Positions 60,501-64,000 of a DNA stretch of 64,000 nt are shown here, one piece after another (positions within the stretch are counted from its first letter, which is position 1; every line of letters starts with the position of its first letter). The translations under genes and the position numbers were made by a program. The notes under the pieces were generated by a model, which made no database searches, had not been told where the DNA came from, and worked only from the letters and a program-made list of their open reading frames with translations. Origin of the DNA: Octopus bimaculoides (taxonomy: Eukaryota); assembly GCF_001194135.2 (NCBI RefSeq), contig NC_068985.1, forward strand, positions 21,591,537 through 21,655,536, read 5' to 3'.

Positions 60501-60808
60501 GATATTTGCTGACTTTTGTTAACATCTAGCAGTTTTGAGGTGTCTGTATGAGAAATTCTGTTCATGACCGTCATAATTTTATTTAGTGGCTAGTTCTCTT
60601 TTACTCTTTTACTTGTTTCAGTCATTTGACTGTGGCCATGCTGGAGCACCGCCTTTAGTCGAGCAAATCGACCCCCAGGACTTATTCTTTGTAAGCCTAG
60701 TACTTATTTTATCGGTCTCTTTTTGCCGAACCGGTCTCTTTTTTGGGGACATAAACACACCAGCATCGGTTGTCAAGCGATGGGGTGGGTGGGGTGGGAC
60801 AAACACAA

Positions 60809-60843
<35 letters not shown>

Positions 60844-61992
60844 CATACATACATACATACGATGGGCTTCTTTCAGTTTCCGTCTACCAAATCCACTCAC
60901 AAGGCTTTGGTCGGCCTGAGGCTATGTAGAAGATACTTGCCCAAGGTGCCACGCAATGGGACTGAACCTGGAACCATGTGGTTGGTAAGCAAGCTACTTA
61001 CCACACAGCCTATTTTTTTATCACACTTTAACCTTTAAGTCCTTTTATTACCATATTTCTCTTGAATCACACTACCTTTGTTTTAATTATTTTTGAAAAT
61101 AATGAATTTATTAACATAACTTAGTCAGGCGTGGATTTATAGTAAAAAGTTTGCTTCCAAGCTTGGGTTCAGTTCCACTGTGTGTCACCTTGGGCGATTA
61201 TCTTCTACTATAGCCTCAGGCCAACCAAAGCCTTGTGACTGGATTTTTGTAGACAGAAATTGAAAGAAGCTTGTCGTATATATGTGAGTGCGTGTGTGTG
61301 CATTTGTATCCCACCACCAGTTAACTAGTGTTGGTGTGTTTACACCCTGTAACATAGCAGTTTGGCATAAGAGATTAATAGAATAAGTACTAGGTTTTAA
61401 AAAAAAGAAGTCCTAGGGTCAATTCATTTGACTAAAATTCTTCAAAGTGGTGCCCAGCATGGCCACTGTCTAATGACTGAAACAAGTAAAAGAGAAAAGA
61501 TTATTATTAAGTTAATGTATGGAATATAAATTAAGATGAAATTTTGATGCAAAGTTTAATTTAAAACAAGAAATTTCTATCATAGAACCAAGGGCAGTTT
61601 TAAGTGGATTTGTATTAAAAAGGTTAAACCTTGTATAAAACAGATTGTTATTAGATTGTTTTCAGGAGTTAAGACATGTGATTTTCTTAGTTTGAAATTT
61701 GATTGTGCAGGTTATAGTGGTGGACGTCGTGGTGGTGGCAGTGGTGGTTTTGGCAGACGTGGTGGTGGTGGTGGTGGCAAACGTTATGGTGGTGGTGGAG
61801 GACAAAGTAGCTTTGGAGGTATGTAAGACCTTTTTCTTTCTTTTTTTTTTGATCTTGTGTTTTGTATTTGAAGTTTGAGATAAATAAATGAATATTAATT
61901 TACTTCTGATATTTTCTAAACAATTTTTTTTTTTTGCTTGTTTGTTTTTTAAAGGAACAGGGAAGAAAAAGACCTTCAGTGATAGCGACTGA
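45573..61992 (+). CDS. NCL: Nucleolin-like copy C, 14 coding exons, ~491 aa
   Basis: Exons 45573-45593, 52271-52360, 54007-54058, 54958-55191, 55317-55370, 55737-55808, 57758-57875, 57966-58102, 58234-58369, 58632-58774, 59836-59971, 60096-60232, 61711-61818, 61955-61992. GT-AG, 1476 nt, open frame. NLS KKRKKEMADGKNAKKAK resembles vertebrate KRKKEM...AKKQK; three RRMs; short GAR; ends GKKKTFSDSD. Confidence 0.93.
46420..46703 (+). other. Conserved intron-1 non-coding element, copy C
   Basis: As copy A, with private deletions of ~25 nt and 6 nt in the middle. Confidence 0.9.
46804..47460. mobile_element. Foldback-type inverted-repeat element
   Basis: 24-bp TIR with one mismatch (46804-46827 / 47437-47460), ~190-bp inverted arms (~46940-47125 / ~47260-47436) and a second nested inverted pair (~46821-46890 / ~47150-47223). 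Confidence 0.85.
47800..49270. repeat. AT-rich inverted-repeat family (GATTCTGAAAAA / CACGTTTT / GCTAGAAATAACAGCCAAATC motifs)
   Basis: ~47940-48150 is an inverted copy of ~49030-49260. Related segments at ~8520-8760, ~10780-11110, ~49590-50690, ~51250-51600 and ~56360-56790, often next to assembly gaps. Confidence 0.6.
57630..57711 (+). repeat. 36-bp tandem duplication (2.3 copies) in copy C intron 6
   Basis: ATTGGTTATTGTTCATTATTTACTGCTGACTATATC twice plus ATTGGTTATT. Confidence 0.9.
59600..59810 (-). mobile_element. RTE LINE 3' coding-end fragment
   Basis: Reverse complement parallels ~33370-33600; a similar fragment lies at ~53470-53665. Confidence 0.6.
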
Positions 61993-64000
61993 TGGTATTT
62001 AGCAACATGGCAGTGAAAGCTGTATTTAGCAGCATGGAAGTGAGAGCTGTGGCTTTTGTAGCTATTGAGTGATAGATGGTCATTTCACCTTATTTTATGA
62101 ATTCAATCACAAACATCTAATGACAACAATAAAGTCATTTTAAATTCTGTTTTGAACATATGTGATTTCATTTGTACATAATCATGAGTTTTTTCACCAT
62201 TGATATTGTATGTAAATTTAATCTGATTAAAATATTCAAAATATTTGCATTTTGTTTTTTATCTGAATAATTTCCTGGAGTTGTTAATGAGTATTTTGTG
62301 CAATCACAAAAGCTAATGAAAGGATGTGTTGAAGTGTGGTTTTTGCTTTACTGTGATATATCAAGCAGCAACCACTTTATTTCTTGTGAGTGGAAATTAA
62401 CTGACAGTAGCAATTTGATACTTGCTTTGTAAATGATAAATGCCATTGTGACTTCTTTCGTAGAGGAGTTGAGTTTCATCATCATGTAGGGCACAGGAGT
62501 GGCTGTGTGGTAAGTAGCTTGCTTAACAACTACATGGTTCCAGGTTCAGTCCCACTGTGTGGCACCTTGGGAAAGTGTCTTCTACTTTAGTCTCGAGCCA
62601 ACCAAAGCCTTGTGAGTGGATTTGGTAGACGGAAACTGAAAGACGCCTGTCGTATATATATATATATATATAGGGAGAATTCACAAAAGATGAAGACAGG
62701 TGGTGTAGAAAACAAACAGATGTATTAGTATAACGCTCGGGAATTGAAAAAGTCTTAACGTTTTGAGCCTACGCTCTTCCACTGAAAGAAACAAGCAGAG
62801 AAAAAAAATGTGTGTAGTGGTTAGTGATCTATCATATTGCTAAAAACGTTGCTCTTAAAGATAATTTTAACCAATTATGTATATACCTGCAAGTTGGTCC
62901 CATTTGAATTTGCTGCAATGTAATAATTTGTCAGAGTTTAATGACATGCTATTGAGCTCTTAATTACTGTGTATTTATTTCTTGATGTTTATACATCAAT
63001 TCTTTATATGTATATAATGTATTTAGACAAAGCTGTGAGGTTAAGGAATTCATTTTTGTAATGCCTTTTTTCTAAATTTGGCTCAGTTGCCTGGCACTTT
63101 GGATATAGGTCTCCAACTGTAACCTTGAGTTGTCTAATGCTCTGTAAATGAAATTTTGTTGGTGGAAATTGTGTAGAAGCTTGCTATGTACATATATGTG
63201 TATCTGTATATATATGTTTGTCATTTAAAAAATCAATGTGGGTAACTATGTCCTATAACTTAACAGTCTGACAAATAGAGAGTGATAAAATAGGTAACAT
63301 ACTGAAATAAGAATTCAGCAATAGCTAGCTCAGTGTAAGTATAGTCCAATTACTGAAACCAGTTTAAAAAATGTGGATGTTTGTTTGCATGTATAATGAA
63401 ATCTTAAAATTTTCACACTAATTAAACCAACTATAGCACTAAATTCTTTCAATTTTGCTGTTGTGCTAGTTATAGAAGAACATTTCATCACAAGTGAATT
63501 GCCAGGCGAAACTAAACCAACCATACCACTAAATTCCTTTTTCATTGCTTTCAATTTTATCTACATCATACCTAGACTTATCTGCTGCCATTCATGTAGT
63601 CCTCTTAACAGTAATCTTCAAAAACAAAGACATTCACTAAAATAATACATATGCACTCTACCATTAACAACACTTAGCACTACTTCAAATTTCTTGACCA
63701 CTCAATCGTTTCAAGTGGAATCATACTCTGGATTCCTCTTTTGTTGCCACTCCTCTGGTTTCCATTGTTCACTAACTAACCAAATAGCTTCTTTTTTTTT
63801 AATATTTTTGATGCATATATTTCATCATCATCATCATCATCGTTTAACGTCCGCTTTCCATGCTAGCATGGGTTGGACGATTTGACTGAGGACTGGTGAA
63901 ACCGGATGGCAACACCAGGCTCCAGTCTGATTTGGCAGAGTTTCTACAGCTGGATGCCCTTCCTAACGCCAACCACTCAGAGAGTGTAGTGGGTGCTTTT

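Noticed and set aside
62758-62784. Hammerhead-like layout on the minus strand (GAGC-GTAG-GCTC stem between core-like segments)
   Set aside because: Core reads CAGTGGA / AAAAC instead of CTGANGA / GAAAC, so at best an inactive relic.
63330-63554. Minus-strand ORF with repeated KEFS..VGL.S motif
   Set aside because: Explained by a short imperfect DNA duplication; no convincing splice sites or domain periodicity.

Overview
AT-rich eukaryotic genomic DNA with five N-gaps. The repeat landscape (RTE LINE tails ending in (TGA)n, tRNA-derived SINEs) suggests an octopus or related coleoid; this is an inference from remembered repeat families, not a database result. Most ORFs in the supplied track are spurious; the real genes are spliced. 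The window begins with the last two coding exons of a TK2/dNK-type deoxynucleoside kinase (+). It then holds three intact, intron-containing nucleolin-like paralogs: copy A (+, 8056-21221), copy B (-, 43247 to at least 27792, last exon probably in a gap) and copy C (+, 45573-61992). All share a 14-exon layout: acidic N-terminus, NLS, three RRMs, Gly-rich tail. A and B are tail-to-tail; B and C are head-to-head. The strongest unexplained signal is a ~300-nt CpG-rich non-coding element in intron 1 of all three copies. It is far more conserved (59/60 and 95/97 nt, A vs C) than a coding RRM exon (94/118) and ends in a cluster of 5' splice-site-like motifs. Copy B has replaced its RGG/Phe GAR domain with an RSGG/Tyr-rich domain and lost half of its bipartite NLS. 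Introns carry RTE LINE fragments, SINEs, hAT-type MITEs, a foldback element and several long hairpins. Exon coordinates were read by hand; repeat boundaries without TSDs are approximate.
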